IMG/VR virus record: IMGVR_UViG_3300028830_000283
Length of the DNA stretch: 64,000 nt
Direction: 5' to 3' (one strand)
Source of the DNA: a virus
Below, in pieces: positions 1 through 9,380 of the stretch; position 1 is the first letter of the stretch, and the number at the start of each line of letters is the position of its first letter. Under the pieces are notes generated by a model that searched no databases, was not told the DNA's origin, and saw nothing but the letters and a program-made list of their open reading frames with translations. The position numbers were made by a program, and so were the translations under genes.

Positions 1-3000
1 GCGCGCCGTATTTTATTTTGCCGAAATCTTTATCTTCCCAGTCGAGACGAAGCCCGGCGAGCATCGCGAGCGCGGCGATAAAGCCGTAAAATTTCAATCC
101 TTCTTTCGCCATCTGCATTCTCATTCCCTTTGGTGCGAGCGCGAATCCGGTCGTTAAATGGTAAAGAGACTGCGGACGGCTCATTAAAAGCCTCAAGGAA
201 AAAAAGCTCATGTTGACGAGTTTCGAGAGTGCGCCGCCGCTTCCAAGGACGCCTTTGACGTCGCCGCGTCCCGAAAAACGATTGATGACGATCGCCGCAT
301 AATTTTTCGCCGCGCGGCGTTCTTTTAATGAAAGATCGCTTTGCGCGTCGATCATCCGACCGTAATACGAAAAAACCGAAAGACGTGCCGCATCGCCGAA
401 AAGATTATTCGCCACTTCGATCGCTTTGTAGGTTCTTCCTAAAATTCTGACCGGCGTGAGCGGCGTAATCAGCGACAATCCCTTTATTTTCCGCGCGTCG
501 GCAAATGCGTCGAAAACGGTCGCGACGAAATGCTCGTCGGCGACGTTGAAATCGCCGATCTCGGAAAATTCCATGCCCGAGACTTGCGCTTCGCGAAAAT
601 ACGGATCCGAACGAAGACGCTCCATATATCCGAGCAGCTGGGTTTCGCTTCCGGCGCCGACCGCATCGAAGACGTTGCCGAGCACTGTCCCGCGCGTGAG
701 ATTCGATTCTGCGCCATTGAATACCGAGCCGGCGCCGCGTGCCAATCCTTCGAGCGATTTTAAGCTCATTCCGGGGTGCGTCACCCAGAGCAGCAGATTT
801 TGCCGCAAGACCATCGAAATTTCACCGGTTGCCGAGAGTCCCTTGAAAACTCCGGCGACCTGATTGCCGAAATCGAAAACTTTATCGAGCTTTCCTTTCT
901 GCAGCTGCCGATAGTAAGCGTCGAGCGATTGACGATGCTTATTCGCCAGGTTTCGCGAAACGAGCGCACGGTTTTTCAGATCGTCGAAATCTCTTTCGGA
1001 AAGTTGTAAGTTTTCTTTCAGCTCCGCGCGCTGTTTTTCGAGACTCCGGCGCGCCGCTTCGCGCAGTTCCCGTCCGCGCAGAAAAAGTTTGTCTTTTTGC
1101 TTTTGATCGAGATCCGGAACGAACTCGTCGAGTGCGCCGAAGAAATCCTCGCGCGATGCGGCGCGGTTCATTAAAATGCCGGCAATTCCCGCGTGATGAT
1201 CGGATTTCGCCTGCGCCAGAATTTCGCGTTCCATGCGATTCAGCGACGGCTTATTGAATTTTTTCCCTTTGGCGCTTCGGACTTCGGGTCGGACAGCTTT
1301 AAAAATATCACGGTATGATTTGATCTTTTCGGCACGCGCGGCTTCGAGTTCCGCCGCTTCCGTCGCCGATAGCTGACGGTTTTCCAGCGATTTTTCCTTC
1401 ATCGCCGCGCGCACGTCGTCGTAAGCTTTGATCGCTTCTTTAATGAAATTTTCGACCGATTCGCTTTTGATTCCGAGTTGACGGGCGATTTTTCTAAGCT
1501 CCGGCAGACTCGGGCGATTGTCCGAATCCGCGTATATCAGCGCCAGATTTCGCACCTGATCGTCCAGTTTCGGGTTTTCGATGAGCGATCGCTGCACGCG
1601 GTTGATCGGCACGTTTTGCGATCCCGAATCTCCGCGCCGGTACGAATCGGCTTCGCGCCGGTGCTCGTTTTTAATCTTCAGTCGTTCGACCGCTTCCGAA
1701 TCCGGTTTGACCCGCACTCCGCGCGTCATCTGTTCGGCGTCCGCGTGAATTTCGCGCAGCGTTTCCCCGGTCAACCGGTCTCCCGTGATTTCCCGAAGAT
1801 GATCGAGAAGTTCCTGATAAGGCATCGAGTCGAAAATTTTGAGCGCCGCGTATTCCGTCAGAGCTTCGAGCTGGTCGTCGGTGATCGATTCGTCCGGGAC
1901 TGACTTGAGCGGCGCTTCATCCGAAGATTCGACGGATTTAAGCAAACCCATGTTGTCAGGAAAAGCCTTGCTCAATTTTTCGAGAATCATTTCACGCCGG
2001 GCGGAAAGATCGCGTTCGGTCCGGCTCATTTTTCTGCCCGACTCGGTGATGCCGAGAGCCTTATTTTTCCAGCGCAGGAGCTGCGCTCGCAGATTGGCGA
2101 TCGTTTTATCTTTGAGCCCGAGATCGAGCGTTTTTTCGCCGAGCGCGTCCTGCACTTCTTCGAGCTCGGTACGGGCGGCATTGAGCGACTGTTCGGTTTC
2201 GGCGAGAGCGTATTCGAGCACGGATCGCTCCTGTTCGCTTTGAGCATAAAGATCCGTCAGGCGTTTGATCTCTTCGATCTCGGTGCTCGATAGTTCTTTT
2301 CCTCTTTCGGAGAAAGCTTTTTGGGCGAGCGCGACGCCGCGCGCGAAATCGTATTTCGAGACGAGCTGCGCGGCTCGCAGAGCTTGAGCCGCCGTACCGA
2401 CGTGAGTGGTCGTAATTTCCGCGACATCGAGCATTTGCGCGTAATCGCCGCTCGCGCCTAAATGATCGACGAGCGCGATGCCGAGCGCGGTTTTTACCGA
2501 CGGTTTCGTTTCCGGAGATTTGAAAATCTTTACGGCGTAATCGTAATCGCCGGCGCCTGAATCGACCGCTTTTTTCAGAGATTCGCTCAAAATCTTTTGA
2601 GCGTCGTCGATCCACTCTTTTTCCGATTCCGGAATGTACGGGACGTCATTTGCTTCGCGCCCGTTTTCGCGCATCGTTTCGGCGAATTTACGGTTCTTCG
2701 CGCGCACTTCCGCCGGCGAGACTTCCGCCGCCGCCGCTTCCTTTTCTTCTAATTTTCTTCGATCGGCGGATAATCGTCGATCAGTTTCGGATCGCGTTTC
2801 TTTCTCGGAGGTTCGACGATCAGGCGGCGAACCGCGTTCGGCGGAAGTTGTTTCGCCTTCGGTTTGGCTCCGGCTCTCTTGCGGATCGTTTTGGCGAGTG
2901 CTTGATTCTCCCGTATTTTTTCCGCTTCCTTCGCGGTAATTTTCTTTAGTCGTGCCATATTCTGTGATACGCGGAAACGCGCTTAAAAATTCATCGATTC

Positions 3001-6000
3001 CGATTTTACGGATTTTATCAGCATTATTTCTCAAAATCCCGTCGGCGAACCGGTCGAGAAATTCCCTCTTGTGTTTTTCGAAATCATCGAGCTTGTCCCA
3101 TCCGTATTTTGACGCCTGACCGGTCGCGAGTTTCGCCGCGATCTCGGAGATTTGATCTTTGACGGACAAATTCCCGTAAGCCCGCGTAAATTTGTCGCTC
3201 GCCGATAAAAACGGCGATTCCTGCAAATTATCGAGAGCCGCCTTGTCGATGCCTTTCGCGCGGCGGTCTTCCTGGTGAAATTTTTCTTCCGGAAGCGCGT
3301 CGTCGAAGGTGTATAAAACCTCGTGATCGCCTTTCGATAATTTTTCCAGGTTATCGAGAAGCGTGCCGTACGGCGCGAGAGTTTCCGGCGCGTAGCCGAC
3401 TTTTTCGAGTTCGCCCAAGTGCTCGCGTCCCATTTTGACGAGGCGTTTAATTCGCGGCGCATCCAGCACGACGCCGCCGAACGGCAGCTCGTTCGTTTCT
3501 TCGCCTTTTCGGCGGAAATGATCTTCAGCCAGCAGCCGGCGGATCATTTCCGCTTCGTGCTCGTTCGTTTCCAAATCGCCGCCCGAATTGAATTTGCCGC
3601 CGGTCATGCCGGACAAAACGTCTTCGGTGTGAGCGGTCGGAAGAGTCTTCGAAAGCAGAGTTTGGCTTTCCGGGTCGCGCACTTTTTTGAGCGGTTTATT
3701 GACAAAATCATTTTCAGTAAGTATCTTTGAATTGGCTTGCTGAGCCTCCTGAACCACCCAAGTGTTAATGCCGACGGTCGTAGGAAGCTGGCGAGCCTTT
3801 TCAATGTTTACATACCGCACGAGCTTATCTTTTTTCCAATTCTCGAATATCTTCGAATTTTCTCTGGCGTGAGTTGTCGCGACACGATTAACGATAATTC
3901 GCCCGATTTTCTTATTGAATTTCATTCCGACAATCACGGGATAACCCGATTTCGATGATAAGGAAGTTAAAACATTGAGTCCGACTTCCTGAGTATTCGG
4001 ATCAATATATTTAGCGATCACGACCGGATCGGCGATTTCATTCGGAATTTGTAAGAATAATTCCGGCGTAATCTCATTGTTGTGTTTCGTTTTCAAAATT
4101 TTATCGAGATCGGCATAAGTGACGATGACGGCTAAATCCTTCGCGCCGAAACGTTGAAACATTTTCGGCGTAAAATCTAAAATTTGAACCGGCGTCTGAT
4201 ACGGCAGTTTTCCTTCGATAAAATCTTTAATTGCCTGACGCAAATTAGTCCTTGTACCGGGCGGCAGTTCTGCTGATTTGAGCGGCGAAATCTCGTCTTC
4301 TAAATCGTCCGCAAAATCGAACGACAAATCTTCATCATTGACGTCTTCGGGTTCGGTTTCGTCGATTAATTCGTACCGGTCGTTGATCTCTTCGACCGCT
4401 TCGCGCGCAGCTTCTCTAACGTCTTCAGGAATGCCAGCATTCTCAAAGGATTGCGAGTTGTCTTCGCCGGCGTTGTCGAATTCGATCGAGGCGGCGAAGA
4501 GGGCGTTGACGGTGTCGTCGGCGAGTCCGTATTCTTTTCCGATCTTTCTGATTTCATCGGCATTTTCCTCCGTAAATTTCAAGTCCGCGAGACGCGGATC
4601 GTCATAGAACTCAAGATAGCGCTCTCCGTCTTCCGAAAAACGATCTTCTTCGAGCTTTTCAATCGTGCTGTCGATATCCTCGTAAGCTTTATTGTGAACG
4701 CTGATGCGGTGAGTTTCATCGCGCAGGATCCGCAAGAATTCTTCCGGCGGAATCGCTTCGTTAAATTCATCGTATGTATGATATTCGGGGAAAAATCCTG
4801 AATCGAACGCTTTTTGCGCCATCATCTCGGCGTTATAACCCGAATTTTTATTGACCATTCCCGGCATTCCGCCTTCTTTGACCGAAAGATAACGCAGCTC
4901 TCCGGAAAGCTTGTTTTTTCGCAAATCGCGACCGTCCGGGCGAATGCCGCCGGAACGCTGAACGAAGACGAGCAGTTTATGACGTTCCGATGACGGCGAC
5001 AATGTTCTCGTCGGCAGCCGCGAAATGCGGTTGCCTTCGGCTTCCGTGAGACGGTTCAAAAACTCGATTTGCGCCGATCCTTCGGAAAGTCCCGCGGGCT
5101 TTTTGATGAGCTTCAGGGTTTTCTTGCTGATCTGTTTAAACTCGAAGCCCAATTTACGAAGCGCGGCGGCGTTCGAGCGTTTCTGCGCCATTTTTACCTG
5201 GCGGCGCTCGGCGCGAATATAAAGCGGCTGCGATAATTTTTCGCTTTTGACCTTACCGTTTTTCGCCGGCGTTTTGATCTCTTCGTTAGTAACATTACTT
5301 CCCTCATTAGTAACATTACTTCCCTCATTAGCAGTAGAGCTCCCCTCATTAGCAGTGGGGCTGACCATACCAGGCTGCTTAGACGGTATGGTATCTGTGG
5401 ATACTACATTTGTAGATGCGGTATTTTCAGCCGGAACCGGATTCTCTGTGACATTCTCTGTGACATTCTCTGTGACATTTGTTGAGTCTGTCAGAGAAGG
5501 ATCGACGGAATTTTTGACGCCTGTTTTCGGAGCTTCGACGAGCATCCGGTTAACGACGCCGCGCGGCGAATTTTCCGGCTGCGCTTCAGCTTGAACATTC
5601 GCCCCGTTTTTTCGTACATCTTCAACCGGTTGAGCGATTGGCGGATTTTCCTGATTTTCCGGAGTTTTCGCGGGATTCAGCGGCGAAGACTCATCAAGTT
5701 TTTGCTCATCGGCTTGTACGTTTTCCGCCGGCTGCACAACGGTTTGCGGATCAAGGGCGACTTTGATTTTTTTGCGAAAAGGCAGCGTGCGCGTGCCGTC
5801 TTCCCAATCGACGAGCAGTTTTTCGCCGCGATCTTCTTTGACCGTGCCGGTTGTGCCGTTTTCGCTGCTGACGATCCTGCCGTTTAAGTCTTCGGTTTTG
5901 GTCGCTTCACGCATTGGCGTCGAGGTTTGTTCGGTATCGGCGATCGCCGTCTGCGGCGACACCTGGAACTGCTCGAATTCTTCTGGCTTGAGGCTGTTCT

Positions 6001-9000
6001 GAACGATGACGGCGGCATCCGACGGCACGATTTTGTCGATCTGCCCGTCGGAATATCCCAATTCATAAAGCCGGTTAACCTGCTCACGCCTTTCGATCGG
6101 CGACTGCGCGGCTTGTTCTTTGGTCTGAATGCCGGTATTTTGCAAAGCTGCGCTCGACTGCTCGACCGCTTGACGCATTTGACGCGAATTGTCCGAATAC
6201 GTGTCGGGCGAAATCTCATCTTCGATGCGTCCGCCGTGACCGATAAGCGTATGCGGCGCCGAGAAAATAACGCCTGTCAATCCGGCGATTAAGCCGTCTT
6301 CAATAACTTTTTTGGCGGTCACGTCGGGAAGATTTTGAACGGCGTTTTTCAGGCGCGTGAAAAGCGGCTGATCGCGTTCTTCTAAAAATTTCCAAAACGT
6401 ATCCTCGACAATGTTCTGAACCGATTCCTGTGTTCCTTCTTCGGCGAATTCTTTCGCCATCGGCGCGATCTTAGCGGCAGCGCCGCGGATCATCGCATCG
6501 CGCATCGCGGCGCGTCCCGCCGGCGTATTGTAATATTCGGTCAACCATTTGACGAGCGAGCGCTTTTCAGTTGATTTAAGAAATTTTCCGAGTTCGGCGC
6601 CGACGCCAAACCCTTCGGTTGCGCCGGTAAACAGACCTAAGATGCCGGCGGCATCGGCTTCCGATTCCGATAGTCCTTTTTGTTTTGCTTCCGAATACAT
6701 CGAACCGGCTTCACCGAGCGAACCGCTGATTGCCGACGGGATACCGAATTCGAAAAAACCTTTGCCGATATTTGCTTCAGGCATCAACAGCCCGGTGAGA
6801 AAAAAACCCGTTGCCGAGCCTAAACCCTGCGAAATCTTATCTAAATAACCGTCGCGAATATATGGATCATCGCCCATTGCCTTCTCGATCGAATCGCCGA
6901 TCGCGAAAAGCAGACGTTTATTGGCAGGCGTGGAGGAAGTGGCGGCAACGAATTTATCGCCGTCGCCCTGAATCGTCGCGATCGTATAAGCGAGCAGGTT
7001 TTCGGCATTTCGCAGCGTCGGCTGCATTTTTTCCGGCAAAAATTGAAACGGGCTGATCTTTTCGATCAGCGAATCAACAAAATCCAAACCTTTGAGATTC
7101 GAAGAAACGGCAGAATTAACAAGTCCGCGAAAATACGACGCCGTTAATCTGCCAGCCCATTCAGGAACTGACATTTGCGCGGCGTATTTCATCGAATTTT
7201 GATAGTTGGCATAATTGCCGAATTGCGATTCGATTTCTTTAAGACGATCTGAAACGGCTTTTTCTTTTTGTTCAGGTGTTTTCAGAGCCGGATTATATTC
7301 GCCGTTCCATAAATTTTGAATATTGTCGATCAAAGCGCCGAGTGGATTCGCACCATATTGGAAACCTTTGCTGATTGCCTTTTCAGCGTAATCTTTATAA
7401 GAAGGATTTTCGATCGCGTTTCTAACTTCCTGTTCGGTTTGTTGTCGCGCTTCGGGCTCATTAAATAAATCGTCGCGTTTATCTTCGCGCGCCAGTGAAT
7501 AATCAAGCGAATTCGGCGAACCGTCATCAATAACTAGCGGATCGCGGTTTGAAGATGCTTGAAACGCGGATTCATCTTGGCGAACGCCGAATTCATTGCG
7601 AATCACCGGCGCGATATTTTTCGGATCGCCGCCGAGCGCATCGTTGACAAAGCCCAACGAATAAGAAACCTGATAATTGTCGCCGATTTGTTTTCTTAAA
7701 TCGGCGGTTTCCTTGTCACCCATCGCGGCGAGCTTGTCGTCGCCCTCAACGAACAGACCGCCACGCAAAGCAATGATTTTTTGCATCGCTTCATCGGGAT
7801 TAAAACCGTATTTGGCGGCGAGCGGCGCGATCGATGCGCGATAAAGGTATTCCCGCAAATTCATGCCTTTCGGTTTTTTCGATAAATCGACGTTGAAAGT
7901 TCCGGCGTTTGAGCCGAGAGCATCCTCGACCGTTTTATAATTGCCGATGCGTGCAGGCTGAATCTGTCTGACGGCATCGATTGGAATATCGACGACATGG
8001 GGCGTCTGCGTTTGTCCTCCAATCGTTTGACCGGCGGGCTGATTTTCACCGAGCCGGTAACCGGACGTTATGTTCTGTCCGAAATTTTGCTTATCGGCTG
8101 CCGCCAGCTCACGGGCGAATTGCGCGCGGTTTTCGGGCGTATCGGGCAGTTTTTTGTAAGCAAGCCACGATTTTATGTCTTCTTCGGTCGCCGCCGGTTT
8201 TTCCGCCGTTTTGTCGGCAATAACATTTTCGCCGTCGAAGGTAAAGAATGTGCCGCGTTCGTCAGTGTAGATTCTGCCCTCCGGCGTTTCCGCCTTCAAA
8301 TCGTCGCGCGTTAAAGTTCTGCCGTCCTGCAATTTGAGCTTTTTCGTGAATTTCGACTGCGGCGTCGCGCTGATTCGCCCGTCACGCTCCTCGATCGAAA
8401 ATTTGTCGCCGTCTTCGTTTTGAAATGCGCCCGCGCCGTCCTTTTTGAGAACTGCGCCGGAATCGAATTTTATTTCGTCGGGCAGCTTATTATAATCAGC
8501 CGGCGCCGGCTGATTGATGATCTCGGGTTTCACCTGATCTGTCGGAGCGTTTTCCTCGCCGCCGATCGCCGCCACCCGATTGCCGAATTTATCAAAAATG
8601 GTTTTCTGTCCGGTATTTAGGCGCGACTGCTGCCATTCGTCGAAAGGCGGCGGTGTCTGATTTTTCGCCAATTTTTTGATAAATTCCTGATATTCGGCGA
8701 GCTGCGCATTCTGATCGGTTTGCGGTGTCACCGGTGTTTCGGGCTGATCGGTCGAGGCTTGTGCCGCCTGCTTGATGTAATCGTCGAGCGCCGCCGGATC
8801 GGATTGAACGCTTCCGCCTGATTTAATGTAATTATCGAGCGCATTGTAACCGCCGGAATTTGCGACGTATGACTCGAAAGTTTCCTTATTATTCGGAAGA
8901 TAAGAATAAAGCTTCGCGTCCGAAACTTTTCCGGTGCGGCGATAATCTCGAAGAGCCTGGCTGTTCGGTCCGCCGACGTAGGCGAGACGGCGGGCGATCG

Positions 9001-9379
9001 AATCGTTTTTATCGCCGTTAAAAAATTCATTGAGCCCGATGATGATGTTGTCTTGTTCTTTATACGGGTCGAGACCTTTTGTTCGATACGGTTTCGCCGT
9101 ATTTCCCATCACCTGAGAAAATCCGATCGCAAAATCGCCGTCGGGTGTTTTCACGCCGGTTTTGACGGTTTTGCCGTCCGCCAAATAATGTGAGCGACCC
9201 GATTCGAGCGAGGTTAAATGATAAAAATCATCGGCGACGTCGTCCGGAATATCGTAGCCGAACTGCCGTGCGCGGCGCGCGGCTTCGATAATTTTCGTGC
9301 GAGCTTCCGGATTGTCGCTGGTCGGCGAAGTTTTGATACCTGCCGCCGTTTTAATATAGTTATCTAATTCGTCGCCCAT
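1..9379 (-). CDS. Giant (>3100 aa) polyvalent internal virion/ejection protein, 3' end outside window; N-terminal lytic transglycosylase-like domain, MuF-C/PBECR-like domain (~3810-4240), zincin-like segment, helical C-terminal region
   Basis: ATG at 9379 just after the stop of 9381..10979. The ORF track lists no stop-terminated ORF in this frame, and spot translations are open. N-terminus 'LTSLESG...AIGFSQVMGNTAKPY..GLDPY..QDNI' is SLT-like. 'LDFTPKMFQRFGAKDLAV..KILKTKH..ITPELFLQIPNEIADPVVI..GYPVIVGMKFN..IVNRVATTHARE' is MuF-C-like. The window edge reads '..DWEDKDFGKIKYGA'. Confidence 0.85.
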   Translation of the reverse strand, partial: MGDELDNYIKTAAGIKTSPTSDNPEARTKIIEAARRARQFGYDIPDDVADDFYHLTSLESGRSHYLADGKTVKTGVKTPDGDFAIGFSQVMGNTAKPYRTKGLDPYKEQDNIIIGLNEFFNGDKNDSIARRLAYVGGPNSQALRDYRRTGKVSDAKLYSYLPNNKETFESYVANSGGYNALDNYIKSGGSVQSDPAALDDYIKQAAQASTDQPETPVTPQTDQNAQLAEYQEFIKKLAKNQTPPPFDEWQQSRLNTGQKTIFDKFGNRVAAIGGEENAPTDQVKPEIINQPAPADYNKLPDEIKFDSGAVLKKDGAGAFQNEDGDKFSIEERDGRISATPQSKFTKKLKLQDGRTLTRDDLKAETPEGRIYTDERGTFFTFDGENVIADKTAEKPAATEEDIKSWLAYKKLPDTPENRAQFARELAAADKQNFGQNITSGYRLGENQPAGQTIGGQTQTPHVVDIPIDAVRQIQPARIGNYKTVEDALGSNAGTFNVDLSKKPKGMNLREYLYRASIAPLAAKYGFNPDEAMQKIIALRGGLFVEGDDKLAAMGDKETADLRKQIGDNYQVSYSLGFVNDALGGDPKNIAPVIRNEFGVRQDESAFQASSNRDPLVIDDGSPNSLDYSLAREDKRDDLFNEPEARQQTEQEVRNAIENPSYKDYAEKAISKGFQYGANPLGALIDNIQNLWNGEYNPALKTPEQKEKAVSDRLKEIESQFGNYANYQNSMKYAAQMSVPEWAGRLTASYFRGLVNSAVSSNLKGLDFVDSLIEKISPFQFLPEKMQPTLRNAENLLAYTIATIQGDGDKFVAATSSTPANKRLLFAIGDSIEKAMGDDPYIRDGYLDKISQGLGSATGFFLTGLLMPEANIGKGFFEFGIPSAISGSLGEAGSMYSEAKQKGLSESEADAAGILGLFTGATEGFGVGAELGKFLKSTEKRSLVKWLTEYYNTPAGRAAMRDAMIRGAAAKIAPMAKEFAEEGTQESVQNIVEDTFWKFLEERDQPLFTRLKNAVQNLPDVTAKKVIEDGLIAGLTGVIFSAPHTLIGHGGRIEDEISPDTYSDNSRQMRQAVEQSSAALQNTGIQTKEQAAQSPIERREQVNRLYELGYSDGQIDKIVPSDAAVIVQNSLKPEEFEQFQVSPQTAIADTEQTSTPMREATKTEDLNGRIVSSENGTTGTVKEDRGEKLLVDWEDGTRTLPFRKKIKVALDPQTVVQPAENVQADEQKLDESSPLNPAKTPENQENPPIAQPVEDVRKNGANVQAEAQPENSPRGVVNRMLVEAPKTGVKNSVDPSLTDSTNVTENVTENVTENPVPAENTASTNVVSTDTIPSKQPGMVSPTANEGSSTANEGSNVTNEGSNVTNEEIKTPAKNGKVKSEKLSQPLYIRAERRQVKMAQKRSNAAALRKLGFEFKQISKKTLKLIKKPAGLSEGSAQIEFLNRLTEAEGNRISRLPTRTLSPSSERHKLLVFVQRSGGIRPDGRDLRKNKLSGELRYLSVKEGGMPGMVNKNSGYNAEMMAQKAFDSGFFPEYHTYDEFNEAIPPEEFLRILRDETHRISVHNKAYEDIDSTIEKLEEDRFSEDGERYLEFYDDPRLADLKFTEENADEIRKIGKEYGLADDTVNALFAASIEFDNAGEDNSQSFENAGIPEDVREAAREAVEEINDRYELIDETEPEDVNDEDLSFDFADDLEDEISPLKSAELPPGTRTNLRQAIKDFIEGKLPYQTPVQILDFTPKMFQRFGAKDLAVIVTYADLDKILKTKHNNEITPELFLQIPNEIADPVVIAKYIDPNTQEVGLNVLTSLSSKSGYPVIVGMKFNKKIGRIIVNRVATTHARENSKIFENWKKDKLVRYVNIEKARQLPTTVGINTWVVQEAQQANSKILTENDFVNKPLKKVRDPESQTLLSKTLPTAHTEDVLSGMTGGKFNSGGDLETNEHEAEMIRRLLAEDHFRRKGEETNELPFGGVVLDAPRIKRLVKMGREHLGELEKVGYAPETLAPYGTLLDNLEKLSKGDHEVLYTFDDALPEEKFHQEDRRAKGIDKAALDNLQESPFLSASDKFTRAYGNLSVKDQISEIAAKLATGQASKYGWDKLDDFEKHKREFLDRFADGILRNNADKIRKIGIDEFLSAFPRITEYGTTKENYREGSGKNTGESSTRQNDPQESRSQTEGETTSAERGSPPDRRTSEKETRSETDRRLSADRRKLEEKEAAAAEVSPAEVRAKNRKFAETMRENGREANDVPYIPESEKEWIDDAQKILSESLKKAVDSGAGDYDYAVKIFKSPETKPSVKTALGIALVDHLGASGDYAQMLDVAEITTTHVGTAAQALRAAQLVSKYDFARGVALAQKAFSERGKELSSTEIEEIKRLTDLYAQSEQERSVLEYALAETEQSLNAARTELEEVQDALGEKTLDLGLKDKTIANLRAQLLRWKNKALGITESGRKMSRTERDLSARREMILEKLSKAFPDNMGLLKSVESSDEAPLKSVPDESITDDQLEALTEYAALKIFDSMPYQELLDHLREITGDRLTGETLREIHADAEQMTRGVRVKPDSEAVERLKIKNEHRREADSYRRGDSGSQNVPINRVQRSLIENPKLDDQVRNLALIYADSDNRPSLPELRKIARQLGIKSESVENFIKEAIKAYDDVRAAMKEKSLENRQLSATEAAELEAARAEKIKSYRDIFKAVRPEVRSAKGKKFNKPSLNRMEREILAQAKSDHHAGIAGILMNRAASREDFFGALDEFVPDLDQKQKDKLFLRGRELREAARRSLEKQRAELKENLQLSERDFDDLKNRALVSRNLANKHRQSLDAYYRQLQKGKLDKVFDFGNQVAGVFKGLSATGEISMVLRQNLLLWVTHPGMSLKSLEGLARGAGSVFNGAESNLTRGTVLGNVFDAVGAGSETQLLGYMERLRSDPYFREAQVSGMEFSEIGDFNVADEHFVATVFDAFADARKIKGLSLITPLTPVRILGRTYKAIEVANNLFGDAARLSVFSYYGRMIDAQSDLSLKERRAAKNYAAIVINRFSGRGDVKGVLGSGGALSKLVNMSFFSLRLLMSRPQSLYHLTTGFALAPKGMRMQMAKEGLKFYGFIAALAMLAGLRLDWEDKDFGKIKYGA
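2749..2958 (-). CDS. Possible nested 69-aa basic protein in an alternate frame of the giant gene
   Basis: ATG-started K/R-rich ORF overlapping a low-complexity linker of the host frame; extended -10-like TGATAAAAT about 55 nt upstream. Confidence 0.35.
   Translation of the reverse strand: MARLKKITAKEAEKIRENQALAKTIRKRAGAKPKAKQLPPNAVRRLIVEPPRKKRDPKLIDDYPPIEEN
3699..3727 (+). promoter_or_regulatory. Antisense sigma70-type promoter inside the giant gene
   Basis: TTGACA (3699-3704), 17-bp spacer, TATCTT (3722-3727). Confidence 0.7.
3734..3801 (+). ncRNA. Putative ~68-nt hairpin sRNA antisense to the giant gene
   Basis: Starts 7 nt after the -10 box. 5' GGCTTGCT-G-AGC-C-TCCT pairs with 3' AGGA-A-GCT-GGCGAGCC, followed by TTTT. 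Confidence 0.55.
5286..5356. repeat. 21-bp in-frame tandem repeat (2 exact + degenerate copies; NEGSNVT/NEGSSTA)
   Basis: ttagtaacattacttccctca x2, then ttagcagtagagctcccctca, ttagcagt. Confidence 0.9.
5441..5479. repeat. 12-bp in-frame tandem repeat x3 (NVTE)
   Basis: attctctgtgac x3. Confidence 0.9.
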
Positions 9380-9380
9380 G

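Noticed and set aside
456..9030. Many short ORF-track calls on both strands
   Set aside because: They are shadows of the single giant minus-strand frame; only 2749..2958 was kept, tentatively
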